A stretch of DNA of 63,986 bases, filler included, from Octopus bimaculoides (Eukaryota), in NCBI RefSeq assembly GCF_001194135.2. It is 5 parts of 4 records of this genome, joined end to end, with 100 filler letters (N's around TTAATTAATTAA, not from the genome) between each part and the next. Parts side by side here need not be neighbours in the genome. Positions count along the whole stretch, not along the records: positions 16,753 to 38,899 come from NC_068991.1; positions 39,000 to 60,961 come from NC_068988.1; 3 more parts are not named here. One strand, given 5' to 3'. Positions 38,237 through 49,082 of the stretch are shown one piece after another. A program made the position numbers and the translations under genes. Below the pieces are notes generated by a model. The model was not told the origin of the DNA. It made no database searches and saw nothing but the letters and a program-made list of their open reading frames with translations. Every line of letters starts with the position of its first letter. Positions within the stretch are counted from its first letter, which is position 1.

Positions 38237-39320
38237 TTCTGCCAGCTCGCCGCCTTTATATTCATATAATATATATTCACACACTGACAGTCTCTCCTTT
38301 TCACACACCATACCATACACTTTCTTTTATACACACACACACAATCTCTCTCTTTCTCTCTCTCTCACACACACACACTCACACTCACTCGTAACCTAAA
38401 GATCATGAGGTTGTGATAAGACGATAAGAAGTGAATGAAATATTTGAAGAAGCGATTCATACGCGAAAGGAAAACTGAAAACTTCCCACACCTCTGAGAA
38501 TGACACTAATACTTACCTATCTACGTACATTCATACTGTCAAACACAGTACTTACACACCTACGTTAGTACATACATACATACATACATACATACAGACG
38601 TGTGTGTGTCTTAGCTGTTAACCTAACTTAATCTACCAAATATTTTGAACGAATCTAAAGCGTTAACAACAAACGGACAATATATATATATATTTATTTA
38701 TATTTATATTTGTTTGTGAAGTGCTCGAAATACGGGAGTAGAAAAACAGCCAACAACTGTTGAAGGGTCGTTCTTTATGTTGTTTGTCTTGTTTTTCCAT
38801 TTGTGTTTTTTGTTGTTCGAAAAAAACAGTTCATACTTCGTACTTTTTGTTGTACATGTTGTACACGTTTCGAGATATCCTGGGCCCACATAGGCATATN
38901 NNNNNNNNNNNNNNNNNNNNNNNNNNNNNNNNNNNNNNNNNNNTTAATTAATTAANNNNNNNNNNNNNNNNNNNNNNNNNNNNNNNNNNNNNNNNNNNNA
39001 ATTTGAACTCAATAATTACTTGAGAGTGCACGAGTAAAGAAAAAATGTGTTCTATGATTGTTTATTATTTCATTGATTTACTGTTGAATTATATAAAAGT
39101 GATTGGCTTTGCCTTACAGATCGAAACTATCGATGCTTGTCAGTTGTACTGCAGTTTAAAACATGAGTCGCTATTAGTCAATAATATATTTCAGTCATAT
39201 TTCTAGTTTATATCGTGTAATGACATATAAAAAAGTGTTGCTGTGAGGACTGAATTTTATTACAGTAAAATGGCATATATATAAAGACAAAAACAAAAAA
39301 AAAAAAGAAAAAGAACACGT

Positions 39321-39394
39321 TGGCCAGTATGGGGCTCGAACCCACGACATTCGCGTTATTAGCACGACGCTCTAACCGACTGAGCTAACCGGCC
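39321..39394 (-). tRNA. tRNA-Ile-AAT: tRNA-Ile, anticodon AAT, intact
   Basis: GGCCGGTTAGCTCAGTCGGTTAGAGCGTCGTGCTAATAACGCGAATGTCGTGGGTTCGAGCCCCATACTGGCCA; all four stems pair; A and B boxes present; T-run terminator downstream. Confidence 0.95.
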
Positions 39395-39926
39395 ACTGAA
39401 GAATTCGGATAAAAATAAGCATGAACAGACGATTACGTAGGCTACAACTGTACGTGTTTACAATTTGTATTGTTTGACAGCTGGTGGATGAGAGAAAGGG
39501 GGGAGAGTGAGGGAGAGAGAGAGAGAGAGAGAGACAAAGAGAGGGGAGAGAGAAAAGGGAAGAGAGGGGAAAAAGAGGGTGAAAGGAGAGAGATAGAGAG
39601 AGAAAGGAGACAAGGAGTAAGTAATAGAGGAGCAGAGATAAAGAGAAAGAAAGACAGAGAGGCAGAGATAAAGAAGAGCCAGACACAGATTAAGAGATAC
39701 ACTGTGTATCTTTTATTTTATTTTATCCTATTTTATAAAATAGCGAAGGACAGCGTTTATGACGCTAATCATAAAGATTAGCGTACCAGATTCCAGATTA
39801 TAAAGGCTCAATGTAGTTTCCACATACTGTTATACTTGGAGATGGTCATATTTTGCCAATCAAACACACGTACTGGTAATTTCTTCAGCTTTATTTCTTA
39901 ATTTTTTCTTTTTTTTTTGTTTCTTT

Positions 39927-39969
39927 GTCAAAACTGTTTCGGCACGCATCCTGTGACCTCTTCAGTGAC
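39927..39969 (-). ncRNA. Minimal hammerhead ribozyme motif (slightly degenerate)
   Basis: gtca CTGAAGA ggtcac aggatgc gtg-cc GAAA cagtt t tgac; stem I gtca/tgac; stem II has one bulge. Confidence 0.55.
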
Positions 39970-39986
39970 TCTTTATCACATGTGTC

Positions 39987-40454
39987 GGATCTTTCTGATT
40001 TGACGGGCAACACTTCTCATTAATGTTTTATGTAGTGTTTTTGGTACCAAAACACTTTCAAACTTCGTATACTTGTATATTTTGTATTATAGAACAGGTA
40101 AAAAAATTTGTATTCGAAGTTATTTCATGTAAAAAAATTGTCGTATTTCGGTAATTTCAACCAATCACTGACGTCTATTGAGGTGAAAACAATTACTGCC
40201 GTGGAATGTAAACAACGGTGCAAAAATTATTGTTTATAAAAACAGCAGTAACTGTATTCAGCTGAATAGACGTCAGTGATTGATTGAAATTACAGAAATA
40301 TGATAACTTTAACATGAAATAACTTGCAATATATAAATTTTTGTTAAGAAAGCTAAGAGAAAAAGATGTTTTATATGACACATTCTACCAGTATCCCAAG
40401 TTTGAAATTGTTTCGTTAAGAAAACAAGTGTTGCCCGTCAAATCAGAAAGATCC
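39987..40454. mobile_element. MITE, same family as 9108-9758
   Basis: Perfect 29-bp TIR ggatctttctgatttgacgggcaacactt / aagtgttgcccgtcaaatcagaaagatcc; perfect 8-bp TSD catgtgtc. Confidence 0.92.
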
Positions 40455-40528
40455 CATGTGTCTTCTCTTGTTCTGCTTAGTACATTTTCTGGGCTAAGCT
40501 AGACAAGAAGAGACGCGTGGGATAAAGA

Positions 40529-40571
40529 GTCACTGAAGAAGTCATAGGATGTGTGACGAAAGAACTTTGAC
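40529..40571 (+). ncRNA. Minimal hammerhead ribozyme motif (degenerate), inverted partner of 39927-39969
   Basis: gtca CTGAAGA a gtcat aggatgt gtgac GAAA gaac tt tgac. Confidence 0.45.
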
Positions 40572-41164
40572 AAAAAATTACAAATAATAATAATAAAGCT
40601 GAAGCCACGACAAGCAGCTGAAGCTAAGACAAAAAATATACTGCTGATATATAACACCAACATATAATTCTGAAGTAAAGATTGAATATAAAGTGCTTGT
40701 GATTAACTGATAAAATATGAACTTCCCCAAGTATATGACCATTCCCAAGTATAACAATATCTGTTTCAATACATGATTTCGCATCAAGAATCTTGCAAAA
40801 CAAATACATAAACGTGACTAAGTTTCGACATAGAATTCTCATAAATAAACCAATATAATTTCCACTTTCCCTGAGGATTTTACATAGGCAAACTGTCTTG
40901 CAAGACTTTCTGAGAGGCACACCAAGACGGAAAGTTACTTTGTATTTTTTACTTGTGCGGCCTGCCTGATGATGAATCTTATCTCATGCAACCTGCTTCT
41001 CGAAAAAAGGTGGCATATGCCTTCCTCGTCTGCTGTTGTTTTTACCAACTTATTATAGCTTTCGTCTTGTTATGAAATAATAGATATTACTTGTATTTAT
41101 TGACATCTAACGGTAAATTTGTGAGTGTGCTTAGCATTGACTTATATCTTTCTTTTTTTTTATC

Positions 41165-41650
<486 letters not shown>

Positions 41651-41982
41651 GTCTGTGAAAATTTATACTCGTCTCGGTTATATCTGCATTTATGTTGTCT
41701 CATTAACACAATTTTAAATAAGACATAGTAAGTAAATAATGAGCTTGTGTGGACCTAACTACATCTTCAATGATTAGTTGTACGTTCACCATAAGTTTTG
41801 TGAAGAAACTCTCGATATTTTACACACTTTGACGATGTTTATCAAAAAAAGCAAAAGCAAAAAACAAAAGCAAAAAATAAAGAAACAAGCAAACAAACAA
41901 GAGTCTGGAAAAAATTAACTTCATATTAATGAAATACGCCAAAGACGTTTAAAAAGAAAAGCCTTCAGAGAAAATCATAAAT

Positions 41983-42025
41983 GAACCCACGACATTCGCG
42001 TTATAACCAACTGAGCTAACCGGCC
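41983..42025 (-). pseudogene. tRNA-Ile pseudogene, internal deletion
   Basis: gaacccacgacattcgcgtta[13-nt deletion]taaccaactgagctaaccggcc; 3' acceptor strand lost. Confidence 0.8.
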
Positions 42026-42118
42026 ACTTATGTGAACCTTGTATAACAAGTGTTACATAGACATGACAGCATAGATTACAGTGGCGTGTGTTCCGTAGCC
42101 AATTTTCCTGTGACACTT

Positions 42119-42160
<42 letters not shown>

Positions 42161-42204
42161 AAAAGAGACTGACAGATAGACAAAGAGATAGAGAAGTAGG
42201 GACA

Positions 42205-42405
42205 TTGAAGGAAAAATTTTTGAGGAGTGGGGGGGGGCAGTCGATTAGATCGACTCTAGTATGCAACTGGTACTTAATTTATCGACCCCGAAAGGATGAA
42301 GAGCAAAGTCGACCTCGGTGGAATTTGAACTCAGAACGTAGAGACAGACGATATACCGCTAAGCATTTCGCCTGGCATGCTAACGTTTCTGCCAGCTCGC
42401 CGCCT
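42205..42405 (-). mobile_element. SINE family A
   Basis: Near-consensus copy. Confidence 0.8.
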
Positions 42406-42770
42406 GTGCAACCCATATATATCTGGAAGCGAACCAATGGGCTATATATATCTGATATGGTAACCAATCGGCTAATCCCCAGAACGATATATGGTGGTTG
42501 AAAACATCGAATCTACTCAACGCACTCATACATACATGACGGACTTCTTCCAGTTTCCGTGTACCACATCCACTCACAAGGATCTAGTAGGCATGGGGTT
42601 ATATTTGAAAGACACTGGTCCAAGGTGTCACGCAGTGGGATTGAACCTAAAACCATGCTATTGGGAAGCACACTTCTTACCACACAGTCATGCCTGCGCC
42701 TTTCTTAACCTGAATTCGTAAAAAACCTTAGATACTTATCTAAAAGAAAAATAAAAAGAATGAAGTTCAT

Positions 42771-42824
42771 TGGTCCGTTTTGCGCTCGAACCCAAGACGC
42801 TCTAACCAGCTGAGCTAACCGGCC
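42771..42824 (-). pseudogene. tRNA-Ile pseudogene lacking the anticodon arm
   Basis: 54 nt; about 20 nt deleted between the repeated acgac motifs. Confidence 0.8.
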
Positions 42825-43596
42825 GAATGCGACAAACGCTGATAAAAGTTCTTCTATTGACACGTATATATCTAGACTTTGAACAGCGCGATTGTGTCGT
42901 CAGATTCTGTCTGACATTAGAGTTAGGGGAGGAGGAAACAGACGAAAGAAAGGTGTGTGGAGGCAGATAGGAAAGTGGGGATCAAAAACGAGGGAAAGAG
43001 AAAGTGGAGCGACAGAGAGAGACAGGCAGAGATAGGAACACTTGGTGGTGTATTATATAAATGTGTATAATTTAGAATTGTAAGTCAGATATTACTAAAA
43101 GCTATATACGTTTATATAAAACATTAACAAATGTCTCTATGTTTGTCTATCTGTCTGTCTCTTTGCCCGGTTGAGTGCCCTTCCAGCTTTCGGTCTATCT
43201 GTCTTATCTTCTGCTTCTCTGTTCCGCCATCTCCGTCATGGAACAGGTCATGATATTTTCGGGTTCCCAGCTTTAAGATTTTGAGAAACTGACGTGACTG
43301 AAGATGAAATTATAATTCTATACTTTAGTATACAAGTTTTCAAGCTGATACCCCAGGATGGCCTCAATAAAATGACCGAAATAATAAAACAAAGAAACGA
43401 CCATTATTCGCCTGCTTTTACAAGGAAAACTGATTTCATACAAGAAAATATCTAACTACATATTCCCAGGTAATTTAGCAAAATGATGAAAGCTGTTGAA
43501 CTAAATGTTTGTAAGGTAGATTCAGTGGAACTTTTCCGTTTGAATCAGAGAGGCTGATTCTTTCAATTACCCTAAGAACCCGTTGGCTCCATTGAT

Positions 43597-43635
43597 TAAC
43601 GTGAATGTCATGGGTTCGAGGCCCTATAGTGGCTA
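43597..43635 (+). pseudogene. tRNA-Ile 3' half, inverted orientation
   Basis: taacgtgaatgtcatgggttcgaggccctatagtggcta. Confidence 0.65.
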
Positions 43636-43745
43636 ATGATAATTAGGGTGAGACCTCAGCTACCTCAAGAGAATGGAATGTATCGTCTAATTATGTACTT
43701 TGAACATAAAAACTGGGGATTAAAAAAACAAAACAGAATAAGTCA

Positions 43746-43819
43746 TTCGTTAGCATGGGGATTGAACACACGACATTCGCGTTAGTAGTACGATGCCCTA
43801 ACCAACTAAGCTAACCAGC
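43746..43819 (-). pseudogene. Degenerate tRNA-Ile
   Basis: Full length, with many substitutions in the stems and anticodon loop. Confidence 0.75.
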
Positions 43820-44774
43820 AACATGAGAACGATCATATCTGAAAGGATTATCTAGAAACAACAGCACAGGTGCATGTGTGCACATTCAATCTGTGGGCAA
43901 TAAAGAAATTGGTATTTCGTCTGTCTTTACGCTCTGAGATGAAATTCCGCCGAGGTGAACTTTGCCGCTCATCATTTTCGGGGTCAATAAATTAAGTACC
44001 AATTGCGTACTGGGGTCGATCTAATCGACTAGTCCCCTCCCCAAAAATGTCGGGCCTTTTGCCTCGAGTAGAAAAAAATCAGTTAAAGCAGTTAATGACG
44101 TCGGACACTGACGGAGATAGTGGAACAGTGAAGCAGAAGATAAGACAGATAGACAGAAAGCTGGAAGGACAATCAGACAGGCAGAGAGACGGACAGATAG
44201 ACAGACATAGGGGCATTTGTTAGTGTATTATATAAATGTATATAGCTTTTAGTAAGTCAGTTAGAGGAATACGACCGGTGGTAGCCAGGACATCTTCAAG
44301 CTGTTCCGTTTCTCAAACCTGTCAAAGTAGAAGTGGTTGACACTGCAACTTTCTATACACAGGCCCAATCGGGGGCTGGTGTTCGGGTGGAACCTACTCC
44401 TCAGCTTCATAGGAATATATATCTTATCAAGTATTTATTAAAATTTTGGATAACAAGCAGTTTACTATCGTAGATAAAGTGAAAAGAAATAATTCTAAAA
44501 AAAACAACATTAAAGTAAATTGCAATAGAAATCAGAAATGACGACAGTCTCTTGCATGTCGAATAATATTGGTAGAGTCAAATGGCTCATCTCAAAAAAT
44601 GGTGTTAGCCTGTATAGTCTGTGTGAATCCACAGAAAGAACGACACCACTTCCCGTCAGTTTTTCTCTGTACAACTCATTAGAAGCCCAGGATTATTGCA
44701 TTGTTCACACAAGAGAGGTTTCGGTCAGTAAAAAATTGGAATGTGTATTTTGAACATAAAAAAGAATACGTCAT

Positions 44775-44848
44775 TAGCCAGCATAGAGATCGAACCCACG
44801 ACACCCGCGTTATTAGCACGTCGCTCTAACCGGCAGAGATAACTGGCC
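44775..44848 (-). pseudogene. Diverged tRNA-Ile(AAT), probably non-functional
   Basis: 74 nt with AAT retained, but mismatches in the D, T and acceptor stems. Confidence 0.7.
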
Positions 44849-45203
44849 ACACGAGACCGCTGTATCTGAAAGTGTTATCTAGAAACATCAGCACAGGTGC
44901 ATGCGACCACAGTCAATCTGTTACACTTGAGAAAGATCGAAGGAGGAGAGAGAGAGATGGAGCGAAGAAGAGAGAGAAGAAGAGACTGTTACCGGGGTTG
45001 ACATATTGTGCAGTGTTTATATACATTAATTATCGCCCGTGTGTGGAGAGAGATGGGAAGAGAGAGAAGGGAGGGGAAGCTTTCGTACAAATATGTTGGA
45101 AACTATGAATGCAGTGGCTGCTTTGATTTTACTCTTCGGATGTGATCCAAAACGAGGCAGATACATATCTAAGAGGAAAAAAGACAGTGGAAACAAAACG
45201 AAT

Positions 45204-45277
45204 TGGTCAGTATGGGGTTCGAACCCACGACATTCGCGTTATTAGCACGACGCTCTAACCAACTGAGCTAACCGGCC
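45204..45277 (-). tRNA. tRNA-Ile-AAT: tRNA-Ile(AAT), near-intact (C3:A mismatch in acceptor stem)
   Basis: 74 nt; differs from the intact copies by ACTGACCA at the 3' end and T-loop TTCGAAC. Confidence 0.75.
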
Positions 45278-46264
45278 ATCCTGCTCCGTATTTCAAAAGC
45301 ATTCTTATATTCACACATTTTACTAAACTTAGACGGAACAGTTGGGTTGTTAACAGATTGTGTTGTCTACTTCAGTTTTGACAGTACGATCGAAAGAGCG
45401 AATGACAAGCAGTTAAAAACGTGAAACACTGACGGAGATGGAGGATCAGAGAAGCAGAAGATACGATATATAGACAGAAAGCTGGAAGGACACTCAGACA
45501 GGCAAAGAGACAGATAGATAGACAGACATAGAAACATTTGGTAGTGTATTATATAAATGTATATAGTTTTTAGTAAGTCAGTTAGAGGAATAAGTCCGGT
45601 GGTAGCCAAGACATCTGCAGGCTGCTCGTTTCTCAAGCCTCTCCAAGTAGACGTGGTTGAAACTCTGTAGCTTTGTATACACTGGCTCAATCGGGGGCTA
45701 AGGTTCGGGCGGAACCTACTCCTCAGCTTCATAGAAATATAATTCTTATAAAATATTTATTAAAATTTTGGATGACATGCTGTTTATTGTCGTAGATAAA
45801 CTGAAAGTAAATAATTCTAAAAACAACATTAAAATAAATTGCTATAGCAACCAGAAATTAGGACAGTCTCTTGCATGTCGAATAATATTGGTAGAGTCAA
45901 ATGGCTCTTCTCAGAAAATGGAGTTAGCCTGTATAGTCCGTGTGAATCTGCAGAAACAACGCNNNNNNNNNNNNNNNNNNNNNNNNNNNNNNNNNNNNNN
46001 NNNNNNNNNNNNNNNNNNNNNNNNNNNNGCTGTTATGCCACGGCATGTAAGCCATTGAATTGCTTTCTGAGTAATGTTCATTGCCGAGTAGAGTACATCC
46101 GAACGGTGTACCTCAGCTACTATTCCTGAAATACTGAACGCTGTAAAGTCATCTATACACATTTTCTATGGAAATTGTAGCTTGCACTGATTTTATTACG
46201 ATGTTTCGTTTCCGAGACGTCAGATTTAAACAAACAATGAGACCGATGGTGAGAAATATGGTTC

Positions 46265-46316
46265 ATGGGTGTATATGCCATATTTCAGGAGTTTTTGCTC
46301 CTTCATGAGCACCCAT
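46265..46316 (-). ncRNA. Hammerhead ribozyme paralogue with a catalytic-core mutation
   Basis: Identical to 47934-47985 except CTGATGA>CTCATGA (G5C). Confidence 0.75.
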
Positions 46317-46493
46317 CTAACGCATTAATCATCTACGAACTCATTGCTCAAACGGCCATTAGATATACCAGAGTAACGTCATTGGATATATTCGAGGGTG
46401 GAAAAAAAAAGAAAAAGAAATGTTTACTTAAACATGCTGTAATAAATGCCCTAATATTGATGGAATACAATTATCACACTTGTATTTGGGAAT

Positions 46494-46905
46494 AGCCCCA
46501 GACTGAGCCAGTGTATACAAAGCTACAGAGTGTCAACCACATCTACTTTGACAGGCTTGAGAAACGAAACAGCCTGAAGATGTCCTGGATACCTCTAACT
46601 TGCTAAAAACTATATTCATTTATAGAATACACTACCAACTGTTTCAATGTCTGTCTATCTATCTGTTTCTCTCTTTGCCTTCCAGCTTTCTGTCTATATA
46701 TCGTATCTTCTGCTTCTCTGATCCACCATCTCCGTCAGTGTTTCACGTCCTTAACTGCTTGTCATTCTCTCGTTCGATCGTACTGTCAAAACTGAAGTTG
46801 ACAACACAATCTGTTAACCCAACTGTTCCGTCTAAGTTTAGTAAAATGTGTGAATATAAGAATGTTTTTGAAATGCGTAGCAGGATGGCCGGTTAGCTCA
46901 GTTGG
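46494..46905 (+). repeat. Inverted copy of the tRNA upstream module, ending in a tRNA 5' fragment (46887-46905)
   Basis: Reverse complement of ~45259-45700; ends ggccggttagctcagttgg, then switches to the forward module (ggcaaagagacag). Confidence 0.85.
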
Positions 46906-47933
46906 CAAAGAGACAGACAGATAGAGAGATATAAAAACATATGGTAGTGTATTATATAAATGCATATAGTTTTTAGCAAGTTAGAGGAATAAGGCCGTTT
47001 GTATCCAGGACATCTGCAGGCTGTTCCGTTTCTCAAGCCTGAAACTCTGTAGCTTTGTATACACTGGCTCAATCGGGGGCTAAGGTTCGGGCAGAATCTA
47101 CTCCTCAGCTTCATAGAAATATAATTCTTATCAAATATTTATTAAAATTTTGTATAACATGTAGTTTCCTGTCGTAGATAAATTAATAATAAATAATTCT
47201 AAAATCTACATTAAAATAAATTGCAATAGCAACCAGAAATGAGGACAGTCTCTTGCACGTCGAATAATACTGGTAGAGTCAAATGGCTCTTCTCAGAAAA
47301 TGGAGTTAGCCTGTATAGTCCGTGTGAATCCACAGAAACAACAACACCNNNNNNNNNNNNNNNNNNNNNNNNNNNNNNNNNNNNNNNNNNNNNNNNNNNN
47401 NNNNNNNNNNNNNNNNNNNNNNNNNNNNNNNNNNNNNNNNNNNNNNNNNNNNNNNNNNNNNNNNNNNNNNNNNNNNNNNNNNNNNNNNNNNNNNNNNNNN
47501 NNNNNNNNNNNNNNNNNNNNNNNNNNNNNNNNNNNNNNNNNNNNNNNNNNNNNNNNNNNNNNNNNNNNNNNNNNNNNNNNNNNNNNNNNNNNNNNNNNNN
47601 NNNNNNNNNNNNNNNNNNNNNNNNNNNNNNNNNNNNNNNNNNNNNNNNNNNNNNNNNNNNNNNNNNNNNNNNNNNNNNNNNNNNNNNNNNNNNNNNNNNN
47701 NNNNTGTCACGGCATGTAAGCCATTGAATTGCCTTCTGAGTAGCATTCATTGCCGAGTAGAGTACATCCGAACGGTATACCTCAGCTACTATTTTTGAAA
47801 TACTGAACGCTGTAAAGTAATCTCTACACATTTTCTACGGAAATTATTGCCTGCACTGATTTTATTACGACCTTTCGTTTCCGAGACGTCAGACGTAAAC
47901 AAATAATGAGATCGAAGGTGACGAAAATGGTTC

Positions 47934-47985
47934 ATGGGTGTATATGCCATATTTCAGGAGTTTTTGCTCCTTCATCAGCACCCAT
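47934..47985 (-). ncRNA. Type I hammerhead ribozyme, canonical core
   Basis: atgggtg CTGATGA aggag caaaaa ctcct GAAA tat ggc ata T A cacccat: stem I 7 bp, stem II 5 bp, stem III 4 bp, AUA cleavage triplet. Confidence 0.88.
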
Positions 47986-48352
47986 ATAATGCATTAATCA
48001 TCTACGAACTCATTGCTCAAACGGCCATTAGATATACCAGAGTAACGTTATTGGATATATTTGAGGGTACACACAAAAAAAGAGAAAAGTTTACCTAAAC
48101 ATGCTCTAACAATGCCCTAATTTTGATGGAATACGATTACTACCGCTTGAATTTGACATTCATATTGGGGAATCACAGGTGGAATTTTTTCAATCCTACA
48201 AGCCCTCATACATATCCATTGCATTGAGTTCTTTTGGATTATCCCAAGACAAGACTGGACTGAGTTAAACGGAAGACATTTCGTACGACTTTCTAAAAAT
48301 CCAGTTAGTAGAGCCATTTGTATAAACAAAAGAAAATAAAGGCTGAAGTCAT

Positions 48353-48392
48353 TGGCCAGTATAGCGATCGAACCCACGACACACACGTTATT
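48353..48392 (-). pseudogene. tRNA-Ile 3' half
   Basis: Begins at the anticodon loop (aataac); T arm and acceptor 3' strand retained. Confidence 0.7.
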
Positions 48393-48530
48393 TAACTATG
48401 GAGTCCTTTTGCATAAGGTATGTATCCTTACGTCCTGTCTGACATGATCATTATTGTGAGACTTGTGCTATCACAAGAGAGGTTTCGGTCAGTAAAGACT
48501 AGAATGTATCGTCTAATTATATACTTTGAA

Positions 48531-48564
<34 letters not shown>

Positions 48565-48592
48565 GGAATAAAAAATAAATGAAATACGTCAT

Positions 48593-48652
48593 TGTTCAGT
48601 TTAGGGATCGAACCCACAATATTCGCGTTATAAGCACGATGCTCTAACCAAC
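48593..48652 (-). pseudogene. Degenerate tRNA-Ile, 5' end deleted, anticodon reads TAT
   Basis: Loop CTTATAA; paralogous to 44775-44848. Confidence 0.65.
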
Positions 48653-49008
48653 AGTGCCACACGAGATAACTGTACCAGAAAAGATTATGTAGACACAACA
48701 GCAGAAGTGCATGTGTCCACGGTCAATCTGTTACACTTGAGAAAAAGCGAGGGAGGAGAGAAACAGAGAGAGCGAAAGAGAGAGAGAGAAGTAGAGACTG
48801 TTACTGGGGTTGACATATTGTGCAGTGTTTATATGCATTAATTATCGCCCGTGTGTGTGGAGAGAGATGGGAAGTGGGAGAAGGGAGGGGAAGTTATCTC
48901 ACAAATGTGTTCTCAACTATGAATGCTTTGAGTTTACTCTTCGGACATCATCCAAAACGAGACGGATACATATCTAAAAGAAAAAGAAAAGGTGGAAACA
49001 AAACGCAA

Positions 49009-49082
49009 TGGCCAGTATGGGGCTCGAACCCACGACATTCGCGTTATTAGCACGACGCTCTAACCAACTGAGCTAACCGGCC
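49009..49082 (-). tRNA. tRNA-Ile-AAT: tRNA-Ile(AAT), intact
   Basis: 74 nt, full cloverleaf, downstream T runs. Confidence 0.95.

Larger units (their letters stand above)
39883..40605. repeat. Long inverted repeat carrying one hammerhead-like motif per arm, split by a MITE
   Basis: After removing 39987-40462, the left arm (cttcagctttatt...tgactctttatcacatgtgtcttctcttgt..gcttag) is the imperfect reverse complement of the right arm (ctaagc..acaagaagagacgcgtgggataaagagtca...taaagctgaag). Confidence 0.8.

Noticed and set aside
40624-40920. Faint cNMP-binding-like words (SSGKVEII ... IVILGNGHILGEV)
   Set aside because: They lie in different frames with stops between them and lack convincing splice sites; the similarity is too weak.
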